From positions 132,432,001 to 132,496,000 of the forward strand of contig OZ024742.1 of assembly GCA_964016885.1 (NCBI GenBank): DNA of 64,000 nucleotides, in the 5' to 3' direction. A program made the position numbers and the translations under genes. The stretch's first letter is position 1; every line of letters begins with the position of its first letter. This stretch comes from Eledone cirrhosa (lineage: Eukaryota). Shown in pieces: positions 60,810-64,000 of this stretch. Below the pieces are notes generated by a model that saw only the letters and a program-made list of their open reading frames with translations, did not search any database and had not been told where the DNA came from.

Positions 60810-60862
60810 ATAAATTAAAAAGATAAGAAATACAAAATTGATCTTCATTATTACGTAATCGG

Positions 60863-60983
60863 TTTGAGTTCAAATCCCGCTGAGGTTAACTTTGCCTTTC
60901 ATCCTTACGGGGTCGATAAAATAAAGTACCAGTAATGTACTGGGTAATTGCTGGCCTTGTGCCTAAAGTAGAAACAATTATTA
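60863..60983 (+). mobile_element. 5'-truncated SINE with target-site duplication
   Basis: attattacgtaatcgg before and attattaagtaatcgg after. Confidence 0.85.
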
Positions 60984-61285
60984 AGTAATCGGCGGAATCT
61001 TCAGTCAGCTAATTATTTTTAAGGCTTATTCAAAAGGCTATTTTCAGGACCTACATAGAAAAGAACACCGAGAGTTAAATATGTTATGTAGCAGAATAAG
61101 AATGCTTTTCACAATTTCACAGTTCCATCAACAGCCCGAAAACATATATGTATTCTTTCTATCTATCTACTCTCCTATCCATCACTCTCACTCTCTCTCA
61201 CTTTTCCCTTCTTTCTCTCTCTATCTACCTACCTATTCATCTCTCTCAATTCTCTGTCGCTCGCTCTCTCTTTCTCTATCTCTCG

Positions 61286-61321
<36 letters not shown>

Positions 61322-62067
61322 GGCCCTCAATCTATCTAACTATCTATATATACACCTATAACCCTACCCAAATCCATCCAAAATACGCTTGAAGGAAGAA
61401 GAATCATCATGGAAACGCTCAAGGAGGAACATTTAAAAAAGATGTTTATCATGAAGCTATTCACCGAAAAGTGTTTGTTTGAGTTTTGCTAGAGGTAACA
61501 ATTTTTGAGACTGCATCATATTTATTTGGCATATATTTGGTGAGTTTCAGATAAAATATTAATACACTATCGCCAGGTGTCTGTATGAAAATGTTAGCCT
61601 CCAACTGAATCGTTTAGTTAACAGATTAATATAAATATATATGCATACGAATACTAGCGAGGGCATGGCAGTGTGATTAATGAGTTCGCTTTGCAATCAC
61701 ATATTTTTGAGGTCTGTCCTGCAGCACTCGACCTCGTGCACATGTCCTCAACTCCAGACATCGATTGACCCATGCCATAAGTGGTATTTACATGTCTCCA
61801 TAATCACACCCCTAGATTCCAATCGCTTACTCTTGATAATTAGCAGCTTCTCTTACAACTAATACATGTCGACTATATATGCTCACTCCAATATTTCCCT
61901 TCACGGCACACCCTAATATTAACATACTTCTGCTCATAGCTTCGTACTTACATGCACAACTTACATGCACACATTATTTTACTCACAAATACACACACAT
62001 TTCTTCTTAGCTTCATACGGACGTATAATAACACACACACACACGCACAAACACACACACACACACA

Positions 62068-62119
<52 letters not shown>

Positions 62120-62282
62120 TGCTTACGTACGTGCTCAAGTATAGCTCTTTTTACAAAACGTATTTTTTTTCATTTCAGGTAGACGCGCTTTATCATCCAC
62201 TTTTATAAAGTATGAATCATACACAAAACGCTAGCACTAACATTTTTGCTAGAGAAGACAATCTATCTTATTCCTCATTCTT

Positions 62283-62312
62283 TTTTCTGATGAAGGGATA
62301 TCGTCCGAAACG

Positions 62313-62314
<2 letters not shown>
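62283..62314 (+). ncRNA. Minimal hammerhead motif truncated into (TA)n
   Basis: CTGATGA-AGGGA-TATCG-TCC-GAAA-CG-TA, then TA repeats. Confidence 0.55.
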
Positions 62315-62349
<35 letters not shown>

Positions 62350-62475
62350 ATAATAAATGTGAAGACAAAAAGTCCGAAGATGGATCGATAAGTATTGAAT
62401 GTATATCAAAAATATATAAACCCGTTCAGGGTGAAAGCACAGATTCTATTCTTAAACTTTAGTCTCTTCTGATAA

Positions 62476-62547
<72 letters not shown>

Positions 62548-62767
62548 GATGTAAACTTACTCATTGCGCATGCGTGCGATCTTTTGTTAGATTCAACAAT
62601 GTCTTCTTAGATGCACTTTACGCGATTTATTCTAATACAAGTAATACATATATTTTCAATGTGGAAAATATATTTTCCCATATTGTTATATTTTTGATAG
62701 TCACTTTGCCCATTTTGCCAATATAAGTTCATGTCAAGCAAGACTCTTTTTAAACCGATACATATAC

Positions 62768-62800
<33 letters not shown>

Positions 62801-63525
62801 TATAGCTCTGGTATCTTCATATCCATAGAGAGCCTGTCTACACAATACTGATGTTGCGTTTCGCTAATTTCTAGCTGCCGAAATGCGATTCTCGCTAAAT
62901 TTATATTTGTATTAATCAAGCGACAAATCAAGCGATTAACCAATTTTTTGTTTAGGCTTTTTAGTTAATTCTATTGACTGACTAATCGCTTAAGTTTATT
63001 TTAAAAACAACACGCTCGAGAGCTTAATTCGTTTTGTGCTATTTTTGCAAATTTTTGCAATAGCTACACATGCTGAATTCACTGGCCAAAATAGGGGTTT
63101 TCTCCCCTTAGAACCTCACATGTGCTTCAATACCCTGTGAGATTCTGGCGCACGAAGAACAAAATGCCTGTTGAGAAAGCGATTCCTTGTTCGATCATTA
63201 TACCAAAAGCTTATTATTTTTTATAAGCAGACAGTATTATTGATTTAGGTGTTGCAGAAACCCTATATCGGAGTATTCCATCTTCCCCCAGGGTCCGGGT
63301 AACTATTTCAATCACATCTTATTTTGTTTGAGCCATTTAACTTGTTCGCATTTTTGACTCAGGTGGTTAATGGCTTCTTAACCATCATCTCAGTTTGTAT
63401 GACCTTTTTAACTTATGTTTATAGCTCTGATATCTTCATATCCATAGAGCGCTTGTCTACACAATACGGAAGTTGGGTTTCGCCAATTTCTTCCCGCCGA
63501 AATTCGATTGTCGCTAAATTTATAT
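62801..63525. repeat. Partial-tandem element with about 105-bp terminal direct repeats (period about 619 bp)
   Basis: 62801-62905 resembles 63420-63525. The interior resembles (inverted) 58975-59470. Confidence 0.7.
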
Positions 63526-63635
63526 ATATATATATATATTAAGTTGTTAAACGATATTTGATGATTATGTCAAAGAATGAGTTTTACAGTAGATTGGAAG
63601 CACTCAACGGTAAATAATTTTCAGGAGTTATTAAT

Positions 63636-63800
63636 AATAAAATATAAGTATTAATAAAATAGATGTTCTTTTGATGAATTACATTTTATTATACATATTT
63701 CGGATGTACAACAGTATTTTGTCTGATGAGGACGTACATACGAAATATGTATAATAAAATGTAATTGATCAAAACAACTTTTTTTTTATTAATACTTTTA

Positions 63801-63808
<8 letters not shown>
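63636..63808. mobile_element. Short head-to-head pair of a family A relative; HHR at about 63715-63761 (+)
   Basis: TATTTTGT-CTGATGA-GGACGTACATAC-GAAA-TATGTA-TA-ATAAAATG. The left arm carries the inverted 3' half with TCC-GAAA. Confidence 0.75.
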
Positions 63809-63881
<73 letters not shown>

Positions 63882-63882
63882 G

Positions 63883-63950
<68 letters not shown>

Positions 63951-64000
63951 GTGTATGTATATTTGTGTGTGTATGTGTTTGTGAGTATTATGTAATATCT

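Overview
AT-rich, (TA)n-saturated animal DNA; the microsatellite load and SINE type suggest a cephalopod (octopus-like) genome, which is an inference. No host protein-coding exon could be identified with confidence, and most listed ORFs are microsatellite artefacts. The window is dominated by mobile DNA: three decayed Penelope-like retroelements (PLEs; RT plus C-terminal GIY-YIG; two YRDD/Nematis-like, one Neptune-like), a mariner relic, RTE and Ingi/Vingi-like LINE fragments, a solo LTR and about 15 tRNA-type SINE copies. The hidden signal is a set of more than 20 intact or degenerate minimal type I hammerhead ribozyme (HHR) motifs in several short non-coding repeat families. These sit in (TA)n tracts as partial tandems (about 440-470 bp units) and as head-to-head inverted pairs whose ribozymes point outward. 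Two of these families, plus one strongly diverged relative, share a promoter-like module (octamer ATGCAAAT, then a TATA-like palindrome about 40-42 bp downstream) placed just upstream of a hairpin-embedded HHR. Together this suggests non-autonomous, self-promoted, retrozyme-like elements mobilised by the PLE machinery.
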